This document shows positions 8,025 to 16,385 of a stretch of DNA of 31,594 nt, piece after piece (the stretch's first letter is position 1; each line of letters starts with the position of its first letter). The notes below the pieces were generated by a model. It saw only the letters and a list, made by a program, of their open reading frames with translations. It made no database searches and was not told where the DNA came from. Origin of the DNA: a virus (lineage: Duplodnaviria > Caudoviricetes); the IMG/VR virus record IMGVR_UViG_3300021080_000004, positions 1 through 31,594 of that record; one strand, given 5' to 3'. The translations under genes were made by a program, and so were the position numbers.

Positions 8025-8137
8025 TTGACCAGAGCATCGTCGAGGCCGCCCAACACGTCACGTGGCCGGGCGCGTTCGTCCTGGCGGTGCTCATCATCGT
8101 CGTCGGGTGGGTGCTCGTTCGCTTCTTCGAATCCTAA
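8021..8137 (+). CDS. 38-aa single-pass membrane protein (not in ORF track)
   Basis: MIDQSIVEAAQHVTWPGAFVLAVLIIVVGWVLVRFFES*; ATGA overlap, GAGGA RBS. Confidence 0.65.
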   Translation: MIDQSIVEAAQHVTWPGAFVLAVLIIVVGWVLVRFFES

Positions 8138-8185
8138 CCGGGCGTTTGCGCCTGGTCGTCTCCGAAGCGCACGCTGGACTCGTTC

Positions 8186-8767
8186 ATGACCAAGCGAGCG
8201 AGGAAGAAGAAGAAACGCCCGGCGAAGCCATCCCGCGCCATCGGTCGCCCGATCATCACCGTCGACACCCCCCTCACCGATCGCCAGCAGCGCTTCGTCG
8301 CGGAATTTCTCATCGACTTGAACGCCACGCAGGCCATCATGCGCGCCCTGCCGGGCAGTCGCGCGAGCTCGGCCACATCCCGAGGGTCTCAACTCCTCGC
8401 CCTACCCAACGTCGCTCTTGCCATCGCCGCCGGCAAGAACGCGCAGCTCGCGAAGTGCGACCTGTCGGCGACTCGCATCCTCGAAGAAGCCCGACGGATC
8501 GCGCTCCACGACCCGCGCACCTTCTACGACCAGCACGGCAACCTCAAACCCGTGCATCTCCTGAGCGAAGAGTCCGCGGCCGCGCTCGCGTCGATGGAGA
8601 TCATCAAGAAGAACGTCACCTCTGGCGACGGGTTCGTCGACACCATCCACAAGGTCAAGACCTGGCCGAAGGTCGACGCGCTGAAGCTCCTGTTCGAGCA
8701 TCTCGGGCTCCTCGAGCAGCGCATCAAGGTTGTCGGTGACATTGAGTACCGGTGGCGGACCGAATAG
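8186..8767 (+). CDS. terS: terminase small subunit
   Basis: LTDRQQRFVAEFLIDLNATQA N-terminal motif; K..ALKLL..HLG C-terminus; directly upstream of TerL. Confidence 0.88.
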   Translation: MTKRARKKKKRPAKPSRAIGRPIITVDTPLTDRQQRFVAEFLIDLNATQAIMRALPGSRASSATSRGSQLLALPNVALAIAAGKNAQLAKCDLSATRILEEARRIALHDPRTFYDQHGNLKPVHLLSEESAAALASMEIIKKNVTSGDGFVDTIHKVKTWPKVDALKLLFEHLGLLEQRIKVVGDIEYRWRTE

Positions 8768-10167
8768 TCACTCTGCCGTACCTCCCACGTCGGTGGGCCG
8801 GGCCCTTTCATGCCTCGTTCGCGCGGTGGTCCGCGCTCGTGCTCCATCGCCGTCTCGGGAAGACCACGGCGACCGTCAATCATCACATCCGCGCCGCGAT
8901 GAACAACGAGTGGGAGACGCAGCGCCTGCGGCATCTGCTCCCCAACCTGTCGGATGCGGACCTGAAGCCGCTGCTCCGCAACCGCTGGTACGGGCACATC
9001 ATGCCCAGCTACAAGCAGGCGAAGCTGATGGCGTGGGACATGCTGAAGTTCCACGCGCGCGACGTCGAGGGCGCGAAGCCCAACGAATCCGAGCTGCTGA
9101 TCAAGTTCGCCAACGGCTCGCGCGTGCAACTGTTCGGCGCCGACAAACCCGACCGGCTCCGCGGCTCCGGCTTCAGCGGGCTGTCCCTGGACGAGTTCAG
9201 CCAGCAGCCGCGCAACATCTTCTCCGAGGTCCTCTCGAAGTCCCTCGCGGACCACGTCGGCTACGCCATCTTCAGCGGGACGATCAAGGGCAAGGACCAC
9301 CTCTACGCGACCTTCCAGGCCGCGAAGAACGACCCGGAGTGGTTCACGCTCTGGCAGGACATCGACCGATCCCTCGTCACCGAGAACGAGCTGACTGTCA
9401 CGGTCCTGACCAAAGCGATGGCGGACGACCGGGCGCTCATCGCCAACGGCCTGATGACGCAGGCGGAGTTCGACCAGGAGTGGTACCTCAGTCCCGAAGC
9501 CGCGATCAAAGGGTCGTACTATGGGCAGGAGATGGCGGCGGCGAGGAAAGAGGGCCGCATCACGTCCGTCCCCTACGATCCCGCCCTGCCCGTCGATACC
9601 GATTGGGACCTCGGCATGGCCGACAACACGAGCATCTGGTTCAGTCAGAGCCTGCGGTCGGGCGAGGTGCGCCTGATCGACTTCCTCGAGGCCTCGGGCG
9701 AGGGCTTCCCGTTCTATGCGCGCAAGCTCCAGGAGAAGGGCTACGTCTATGGGAAGCATTGGGGCCCGCATGACATCGTGGTCCGCGAGCTCGGGTCGGG
9801 CCGCAGCCGGCAGGAGTCCGCGGCGGCGCTCGGGATCAAGTTCGAGATCACGCCGCGGCTGCACCAGGGGTCGGCGGAAGAAATCAGCGAGGGCATTCAC
9901 GCCGTCCGGCTGCTGTTGCCGCGCTGCTGGTTCGATGAGAAGAAGACCGAAGAGGGACGTACGGCGTTGCTGAACTACCGGCGCTCGTTCAACGCGTCGC
10001 TGAACGAGTTTCAGGCGACACCCGTTCATAATTTTGCGTCCCATGCGAGCGACGCGTTTCGTGGGCTCGCGGTTCGGCAGAAACCGCCGAAGGAGAAGCG
10101 CCCCGACGAAGGCTACGGCGGACGTTCGTCCGACACCAGTACGGCGCTGAGTTGGATGGGAGGCTAG
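8752..10167 (+). CDS. terL: terminase large subunit
   Basis: HRRLGKT Walker A, LRG...LSLDE Walker B, WDLG..D RNase H-type nuclease motif, H..SHASDAFR. Confidence 0.93.
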   Translation: MADRIVTLPYLPRRWAGPFHASFARWSALVLHRRLGKTTATVNHHIRAAMNNEWETQRLRHLLPNLSDADLKPLLRNRWYGHIMPSYKQAKLMAWDMLKFHARDVEGAKPNESELLIKFANGSRVQLFGADKPDRLRGSGFSGLSLDEFSQQPRNIFSEVLSKSLADHVGYAIFSGTIKGKDHLYATFQAAKNDPEWFTLWQDIDRSLVTENELTVTVLTKAMADDRALIANGLMTQAEFDQEWYLSPEAAIKGSYYGQEMAAARKEGRITSVPYDPALPVDTDWDLGMADNTSIWFSQSLRSGEVRLIDFLEASGEGFPFYARKLQEKGYVYGKHWGPHDIVVRELGSGRSRQESAAALGIKFEITPRLHQGSAEEISEGIHAVRLLLPRCWFDEKKTEEGRTALLNYRRSFNASLNEFQATPVHNFASHASDAFRGLAVRQKPPKEKRPDEGYGGRSSDTSTALSWMGG

Positions 10168-10169
10168 GG

Positions 10170-10370
10170 ATGTCCGACGGTCTACTCAGTTATGGTCTGT
10201 CGCACCGCTTCACACTGAGCCTGCACGCCGTGTGCGTGATCGCCGTCGAGCGTGCGCTCGATCGGATCTTCGATACGTACGGCGCTTACGAGCACCTGAC
10301 CAACCGGGCGCTGGCCGAGAAGATCGTGCAGTACGTCTCGGTCTGGTCCGACGTCGACGTCACCGAATAG
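10170..10370 (+). CDS. hypothetical protein
   Basis: 66 aa, ATG 2 nt after the TerL stop, GGAGG upstream. Confidence 0.5.
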   Translation: MSDGLLSYGLSHRFTLSLHAVCVIAVERALDRIFDTYGAYEHLTNRALAEKIVQYVSVWSDVDVTE

Positions 10371-10456
10371 TCGCCCGCGCGTTCGCGCCGCTTCTACTCT
10401 GCCCGCCACACTGGTCCTCGGAATCTCGAATCCCCACCACATCACGAGGGCCGCAT

Positions 10457-10891
10457 GTGACCGCTGCTCGCCTGTCTGCCAGTGCCCGCCAGGAAGTCAT
10501 CTGTCTCGTCCGCGCGCTCGCGCACGGGCGCCTGCCTGATTACCCGACGCGGGGATTCCGGTCGAAGGATGCGCGGGTGATCTGGACGGCGGCGCGCGAC
10601 CTGCGGCGCGCGGACCTGCCGTGCAGTCTGCTCGACGTCGCGCAGCTCCTGGGTATGGTGCAGGCGCCTACCACAGAACCCGAGGGCATTTTCAGACAAC
10701 GTGACGCCGAAAACGAGTCGGGATGCGGTCCGAAAACGGCCGGCGACAACTGTGCGGCATTCGAGGTGCGCCTGGTGCCGGACGAGGACGAGTTACCAAC
10801 GGCCTACCAACGCCCTACCAATGACGAGACCGCCGTCGGCGGCATGGACGCTGACGTCCCGGTGCGCCCTGCGGAGCCCGATGCCGTTTAA
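10457..10891 (+). CDS. hypothetical protein
   Basis: Probable GTG start at 10457 after GAGGG, in the 10232..10891 frame. Confidence 0.45.
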   Translation: MTAARLSASARQEVICLVRALAHGRLPDYPTRGFRSKDARVIWTAARDLRRADLPCSLLDVAQLLGMVQAPTTEPEGIFRQRDAENESGCGPKTAGDNCAAFEVRLVPDEDELPTAYQRPTNDETAVGGMDADVPVRPAEPDAV

Positions 10892-11234
10892 GCCGGCACT
10901 GGGCTCCCCGGCGCATCTCACCGAGCTCGCCGTCCTCGAGACGTTCCGGACCGTCGTCACCGACCGGCTGCTGATGCTCCTGGTGATCGCGAATGGCCCG
11001 TTCCTCTGGCGGCAGCGCTTTCTCCGGAACCTCGCCGGCCACACCGTGAACGACGACATGGCGGACCAGATGTTCGCCTACTTCCTGCAGAAGTACGGCG
11101 GAACGGCGGAGGAAGCCCGCAAGGAGCTCGACCTCGAACTCGAGGTGATGGAGCTGAACCGGCGCGAGAAGCGACGGCTGGCGGACGAGGCGGACGACTG
11201 GAACGCGACGTCGGCGGGGGACCGCGTTCACTGA
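10881..11234 (+). CDS. hypothetical protein
   Basis: MPFKPALGS..., GGAG RBS, strong GC3 bias, TGATG coupling to portal. Confidence 0.7.
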   Translation: MPFKPALGSPAHLTELAVLETFRTVVTDRLLMLLVIANGPFLWRQRFLRNLAGHTVNDDMADQMFAYFLQKYGGTAEEARKELDLELEVMELNRREKRRLADEADDWNATSAGDRVH

Positions 11235-13810
11235 TGGGCGTCATCGACGGCATCACGACTCGCCTGTCCCGCGCCGCGCGTGCCCTCGTCACCGACGACG
11301 ACGACGCCGTCGAGACGCCGGAGCAGAAGGACACCAAGGCTGACATCACCCGGAAGCGGAAGCTCCTCGAGCGCTCGCTCGACCGGTTCAAGCTCGCGGC
11401 CGAGGCGGAAAACGAGGGCCGCCGCCTCGAAATCGACGACCTGAAGTTCGACGCCGGCGAACAGTGGCCCGACGACATCAAGAGCGAGCGCGCCGGGAAA
11501 GCCGGCCCCGGCCTGCTCGGGGTGCCCGCTCGGCCGTGCCTCACGATCAACAAGCTCGATCAACCCATCCTCCAGCTCACCAACACCCAGCGCGCGGCGC
11601 ACCTCGCCATCCAAATCAGCCCGAAGGGCGGCGGCGCGACGAAAGAGACCGCCGAGACGCTGCAGGGCCTCATTCGGAACATCGAGGTCGAGAGCCGCGC
11701 GCAGATCGCCCGCGGCTGGGCGTTCGAGCGCGCCGTCAAGTGCGGCCGCGGCTGGTACCGCATCGTCAAGACCTACGCGAACGACGGCGACTTCGACCAG
11801 GACCTGCAGATCAAACGCATCCTGAACCAGGCGTCGGTCTATGCCGACCCGTTCGCCATCGAGCCGGACTGGTCCGACGGCGAGTGGCTGTTCGATGTCG
11901 TCGATCTGCCCGCGGAGCGCTTCGCGCGGATGTTTCCGCGGTCGATCCTCACGCAGTCCACCGAGTCGGAGCTCTCGAGCATCGGGGACACGGCCCCCGA
12001 CTGGATCGGCGGCGACAAGACGAGCCGCACCTTCCGCGTCGCCGAGCACTACTACGTCGAGACCGAGACCAAGACGCTCGTGCAGCTCGGGACGGCCGCC
12101 GGCGCAATCGGGCCCCCGGTCCTCAAAGACGATCTGCCCACGACGCTGCCGCCCGGCCTCGCCATCATCCAAGAGCGGGACTACGACAAGAAGACCGTTC
12201 ACTACTGCCAGCTCTCCGCGGCGGAAATCCTCAAGGAGACCGTATGGGAAGGGCGGTACATCCCCTACATCCCCGTCATCGGCAAGGAATACAACATCGA
12301 CGGGAAGCGGACGTTTGCCGGCATCGTCCGCGGGGCGAAGGACGCGCAGCGCTCCTACAACGTGATGCGCTCCGCACAGGTCGAGGCCGTCGGGCTCGCG
12401 CCGAAGTCCCCGTGGGTGATGGCCGAGGGCCAGGACGAGGGCTTCGAGACGATGTGGAAGCTCGCGAACGTGCGCAACTTCTCCAGTCTCAAGTACAAGG
12501 CTATCTCGATTGGCGGCGCGGCGGTGCCGCCCCCGCAGCGTAACGTCGTCGAGCCCGCCATCCAGGCGATCACCTTGGCCGCGCACGAAGCGGACATGGA
12601 CATCAAGGCGACGACGAACACGTTCGACCCGTCGCTCGGCAACATCGACCCGCGCGCACGCAGCGGGAAAGCCATCCAGGCGCTGCAGAAGCAGAGCGAG
12701 CAGGGTAACAGCAACTTCATCGACAACCTCGGGACCATCTCGATGGTGCACGAGGGCCGCGTCCTGCTCGACCTCATCCCCTACGTCTACGACCGCGAAC
12801 AGCGCGTCGTGCAGCTCCTCGGGCTCGACGACGAGCCGCAGCACGTCATGCTCAACGCCCCGTTCGTGCCAGGGGAGAACGGCGCGCCGCTCGCGATGAT
12901 GAAAGGGCCTGACGGCGCCTACGCCATGCCCGCGGGCGCACCGGGCCCGCCGGCGGGTGGGCCTCAGCCCAAACCGAAGCATTTCGACCTGAAGCAGGGG
13001 CAGTACGGCGTCGTCGTCGCGGTCGGCAAATCGTTCTCGACCCGCCGCGAAGAGACCGTGACGGCCGTCGGAGAGCTCATCATCGCCGCCCCGCAGCTCG
13101 CCCCGCTCATCGCGGACCTCTGGGTCGCGCAGATGGACTTCCCGCAGGCGCGTCAGATGGCCGACCGGCTCCGGAAAGCGCTCCCGCCGGGAATGGCCGA
13201 CGAGACCGACGGCCCCGACCCGAGGGTGCTCGAGCAGAAGGTGCAGTCCATGACCATGCAACTGCAGATGGCCATGACGGACCTCGCGGAGAAGACGCGG
13301 CTGCTCGACAACGAGCGCGAGAAGCTCGCGTCGAACGAGCGCATGAAGGCGGCGGAGATCGAATCGAAGGAACGCATCGTCATCCACCAGGTCGAAGCGC
13401 AGCTCCTGGCGGTCCAAGCCAAGATCGACGCGGCCCGCGCCGACGCCACGATCACCGCCGAATTGAACGCCGCGCAACAGGAACTTGATTTGCTCCACCA
13501 ACGCGTGCTTCAGCACACTGGACAGGCGCACGAGGCCGGGATGCAGGCGATGGGCGCGGTCCACGATCAGCAGGCGGCGGTCGGCGAACAGCAGGCGGAT
13601 GCGGCGCTGGCGGCGCAACAGGCGGGTCACGACTCAGCCTCGATGGCGCAGCAGGCCGGGCACGACGCGCAGGCGACCGACCAGCAGGCGGCACACGATG
13701 CGGCCGCGACCGATCAGCAGGCAGGACACGCGGCCGACGCGCAGCAGCGGCAGGCAAAGATTGACGCGGCGGCCGCGAAGGCCGCACCGAAACCCACGGG
13801 AGGGCCGTAG
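11234..13810 (+). CDS. portal protein, P22 gp1-like
   Basis: GEQWP, RPCLTINKL, GRGWYRI, YIPYIPVIG, GIVR.AKDAQR.YN, SGKAI motifs and a long C-terminal helical barrel; position after terminase. Confidence 0.92.
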   Translation: MGVIDGITTRLSRAARALVTDDDDAVETPEQKDTKADITRKRKLLERSLDRFKLAAEAENEGRRLEIDDLKFDAGEQWPDDIKSERAGKAGPGLLGVPARPCLTINKLDQPILQLTNTQRAAHLAIQISPKGGGATKETAETLQGLIRNIEVESRAQIARGWAFERAVKCGRGWYRIVKTYANDGDFDQDLQIKRILNQASVYADPFAIEPDWSDGEWLFDVVDLPAERFARMFPRSILTQSTESELSSIGDTAPDWIGGDKTSRTFRVAEHYYVETETKTLVQLGTAAGAIGPPVLKDDLPTTLPPGLAIIQERDYDKKTVHYCQLSAAEILKETVWEGRYIPYIPVIGKEYNIDGKRTFAGIVRGAKDAQRSYNVMRSAQVEAVGLAPKSPWVMAEGQDEGFETMWKLANVRNFSSLKYKAISIGGAAVPPPQRNVVEPAIQAITLAAHEADMDIKATTNTFDPSLGNIDPRARSGKAIQALQKQSEQGNSNFIDNLGTISMVHEGRVLLDLIPYVYDREQRVVQLLGLDDEPQHVMLNAPFVPGENGAPLAMMKGPDGAYAMPAGAPGPPAGGPQPKPKHFDLKQGQYGVVVAVGKSFSTRREETVTAVGELIIAAPQLAPLIADLWVAQMDFPQARQMADRLRKALPPGMADETDGPDPRVLEQKVQSMTMQLQMAMTDLAEKTRLLDNEREKLASNERMKAAEIESKERIVIHQVEAQLLAVQAKIDAARADATITAELNAAQQELDLLHQRVLQHTGQAHEAGMQAMGAVHDQQAAVGEQQADAALAAQQAGHDSASMAQQAGHDAQATDQQAAHDAAATDQQAGHAADAQQRQAKIDAAAAKAAPKPTGGP
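13616..13747 (+). repeat. 33-bp (11-aa) tandem repeat in portal C-terminus
   Basis: QQAGHDSASMA / QQAGHDAQATD / QQAAHDAAATD / QQAGHAADAQQ. Confidence 0.8.
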
Positions 13811-13855
13811 GTTGGTTTCGCGATTGCATCGTGGTCTGGTCATTGGAGGCCAGTG

Positions 13856-14383
13856 ATGTCGAGTAAACCCAAAACGCCGCTACGAGCGATGACCGTGGAG
13901 GAGGCTGCCTACATAGCAGGTTTCTTCGACGGCGAGGGTTGTCTCACGATGCGCCGATCGAATCGTCATTCCCGCGGTAAAGCAGGCTCCGGCGTGGCGT
14001 CGGTTCACTATCGACTCGCGCTGGACTTTGCGAATCGTCATCTTGGTGTTCTCCGCTGGATTCAACAGTTCACCGGAGGAGCGATCTATTCGAAATATGG
14101 GCCCGCGAGGTCTTCAAGGTGGGCACCGGCCTTCGCGCTCATCATGTGGAACAAGGCGGACATCGAGCGCCTGTTACGAGCCATTCAGCCGTACGTGAAA
14201 GTAAAAACCGAACAAGTTGCCCTCGGGCTCGACTTTCTTTCTCTTCCGCCAGTCCGCGTGTCGTTTCACGCGCGCGGCAAAACCTGGCCGAGACGGGTGT
14301 CGATTCAGGAAGACCTCGATGTGCGGGAAGAGTACAAGCAGCGGCTGAGCGCCTTTAATCAACGAGGGCACCGTGCCAGCTAA
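13856..14383 (+). CDS. LAGLIDADG homing endonuclease, free-standing
   Basis: EEAAYIAGFFDGEGCL motif, ...IQPYVKVK.EQ; visibly lower GC than flanks; GGAGG RBS. Confidence 0.88.
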   Translation: MSSKPKTPLRAMTVEEAAYIAGFFDGEGCLTMRRSNRHSRGKAGSGVASVHYRLALDFANRHLGVLRWIQQFTGGAIYSKYGPARSSRWAPAFALIMWNKADIERLLRAIQPYVKVKTEQVALGLDFLSLPPVRVSFHARGKTWPRRVSIQEDLDVREEYKQRLSAFNQRGHRAS

Positions 14384-14582
14384 ATCAAAGGCGCAACAGA
14401 GACTCTTTGCTGCCGCCGACCACGGCGCCACGTTCCCGAAGGCGGTGAACCTGCGCCAGTCCCTCAGCCACGCCCAACTCCACGACTTCGCCGCAGGCTC
14501 GATGGCAGGGAAGCCGGAGCGCGTCGCGCACCCGCACCGGAACCTTGGGACATTCCTGCATCCGCCGAAGAGGGGCAAGTAG
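14373..14582 (+). CDS. small basic phage protein (DUF3008-like)
   Basis: MPAKSKAQQR...LS..QLHDFA...KPE pattern. Confidence 0.65.
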   Translation: MPAKSKAQQRLFAAADHGATFPKAVNLRQSLSHAQLHDFAAGSMAGKPERVAHPHRNLGTFLHPPKRGK

Positions 14583-14872
14583 TGCTGTCGCGCCGCACGT
14601 TCTTCGGCAGCCTGCTCGCGCCGCTCGTGGCGCGTTTCCTGCCGGCACCCGCCGCGCCGCCGTCGGTCGCGTTCCATCCCGACGCGTTCTCGCTCGCGTT
14701 CCCGCAGATTCCCGAGCAGTACCGCACCGGCGGGATGAGCGTGCCGGTCCGCTTCGACGTGCTCTACGGCTGGGGGAGGGTGCGGCCGGAGATGGCGTGT
14801 CGCATCAGTGGCGGGACCGGCTGGGCCGATCCGTGCGTCGTGACGTCGGCCCAAATGAACAACCGGCGATGA
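14582..14872 (+). CDS. Tat-signal protein containing capsid-protein-like motifs
   Basis: SRRTFF Tat motif; RFDVLYGWGRVRPEMACRI aligns with coat C-terminus RLDVLYGYAALRPELAVRI (12/19 identical). Confidence 0.7.
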   Translation: MLSRRTFFGSLLAPLVARFLPAPAAPPSVAFHPDAFSLAFPQIPEQYRTGGMSVPVRFDVLYGWGRVRPEMACRISGGTGWADPCVVTSAQMNNRR

Positions 14873-15099
14873 CGAAGCACTTCTGCGACCGCTGCGGCAA
14901 CCAGCTCGGGGAGGATTGCGTGGCCGTCTTCTCGGTGAATCCGTGGCCGTCGGGGATTCGCTACGACGCTGCCAGGGATCGCACCGTGTTGTCCGCCGCC
15001 CGCGATGCGGAGGGGGGCGTCAAGGAACTCTGTTTCGTGTGCGCGTCGGGGCTCGGGGGGTACTTGAAGGCGCAACCGAGGAGCGCCGTACTGACATAG
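14869..15099 (+). CDS. small Zn-ribbon protein
   Basis: MTKHFCDRCG...ELCFVC; ATGA overlap. Confidence 0.7.
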   Translation: MTKHFCDRCGNQLGEDCVAVFSVNPWPSGIRYDAARDRTVLSAARDAEGGVKELCFVCASGLGGYLKAQPRSAVLT

Positions 15100-15178
15100 A
15101 CCACACATTGCACGGGTCACTAGCGCGCGAGTAATTACCGCGCGCGAACGTCGCCGCCCAGCGACACGTGATTCGGAC

Positions 15179-15273
15179 AGGGCTGATCCAAGCGAAGAGG
15201 GCCGCTTGATCGATCGCGCGATATCTGCGCGGCAGGTCAAGCGGCCCTTTTCGCGTTTCAGTCCTCATTTTTT
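15179..15273 (+). promoter_or_regulatory. long leader hairpin upstream of the scaffold/capsid genes
   Basis: GCGAAGAGGGCCGCTTGA (15192-15209) pairs with TCAAGCGGCCCTTTTCGC (15237-15254); outer AGGGCTGA/TCAGTCCT; followed by a T run. Confidence 0.6.
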
Positions 15274-15321
15274 CGACGGGCCGTTTCACGCGCACGCAGC
15301 GCGCGCCGCCAGGGGTTGAGC

Positions 15322-16365
15322 ATGTCTGAACCAGTCAGCGTCACGGAAGGCGACCTCACGATCACGTCGACCACGTCGACGGAGGCGCAGATCCGCGAGT
15401 CGCTCAAGCCGACCCTGAAGGAAGAGGCGGCCGCGGCCGCGAAGGTCCCGGCGGAGCCGCCAGTCACCGAAACCCCCGACGAGAAGCCCGACCTCTCTGA
15501 GGCCGGTCGTACGCTCGCCGCCGGCAAGAAGGGCACCGCCGCCACCCGCAAGGACCAGATCCAAGCCGAGATCAACGCGCTTGTGAAGCAGAAGGGCGAC
15601 ACCGTGCGCGAGCACGACGCCTTGGTCGCGCAGCGCGATGCGCTGAAGCGCGAACTCGACGAGCTCGCCGCGAAGAAGCCCGCCGCCGACGTGAAGCCCG
15701 TGGCCGAACCTCCAGTCGCCGCGGCCGCCGCCGCTGCGACCGCCAAACCGAAGCTCGCGGACTTCGATGACATGGACGCCTGGTCTGACGCCGTCGTCGA
15801 CTGGACGAAAGCCGAACTCAAACGCGAACACCTCGAGGCCGCCGCTCAGCAGACCGCTGCCGAGCAGGCGGCTCGTGCCGCTGCGGACAAGAAGACCGTC
15901 GAGGACAACGACACCCGCGCCGCGCAGGCCCTCTTCAAGGAACACCAGACGCGCATCGAAGAAGCCAAAGCGCAGCACGCCGATTTTGACGAGGGCCTGC
16001 GCAGCGTCGACCACCTCGCCCTCACGCCCGCCATGAACTACGAAATCGTCCACTCCGAGCTCGGGGGCGAGATCGCCTACTACCTCGGCCAGCACCACGA
16101 CGAGTTCGCCGCCATCGCTGCGCTCCCGACGCCGGACGCGCAACGCAAAGCCATGAACAAGCTCGAAGCGCGGATTGAGGCTGCTCGTGTTCCTGCCAGC
16201 GGCCCGGCCTCTCCCGCTCGACCCATCACCCGAACCGCTCCACCAGTGAAGCCGCTGGGCGGTTCAGGCAACGCCTCTCCCGACACTGATCCCGCAGACA
16301 TCCCGTTCGGGCCGGACTACGTCCGGCGCATGAACGCGCGTGAACGCGAGCTCCAACGTCGCTGA
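15322..16365 (+). CDS. capsid scaffolding protein
   Basis: Ala/Glu-rich coiled coil, PKLADFDD, IAYYLGQH, ITRTAPPVKPL; immediately upstream of the coat gene. Confidence 0.8.
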   Translation: MSEPVSVTEGDLTITSTTSTEAQIRESLKPTLKEEAAAAAKVPAEPPVTETPDEKPDLSEAGRTLAAGKKGTAATRKDQIQAEINALVKQKGDTVREHDALVAQRDALKRELDELAAKKPAADVKPVAEPPVAAAAAAATAKPKLADFDDMDAWSDAVVDWTKAELKREHLEAAAQQTAAEQAARAAADKKTVEDNDTRAAQALFKEHQTRIEEAKAQHADFDEGLRSVDHLALTPAMNYEIVHSELGGEIAYYLGQHHDEFAAIAALPTPDAQRKAMNKLEARIEAARVPASGPASPARPITRTAPPVKPLGGSGNASPDTDPADIPFGPDYVRRMNARERELQRR

Positions 16366-16385
16366 GGCAACACGAGAAGTGACCG

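Noticed and set aside
10457-10660. Faint resemblance to the DnaB N-terminal domain (F...ARVIW.A..DL.....SLLDVAQLL)
   Set aside because: Too short and degenerate to support without a profile search.
11228-13630. Long minus-strand ORFs (800 aa here; also 276..1682, 5121..6560, 8524..10044, 24717..26270)
   Set aside because: Antisense shadows of high-GC genes: Arg-rich, no motifs, and largely or fully overlapping better-supported + strand genes.
13811-14383. Group I intron or intein hosting the LAGLIDADG
   Set aside because: Portal ends with a normal stop, the flanks are too short for a ribozyme core, and no intein splice motifs are present.
15105-15140. Sigma70-like promoter (TTGCAC ... TAATTA)
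   Set aside because: Poor -10 match and spacing; cannot be supported from sequence alone.
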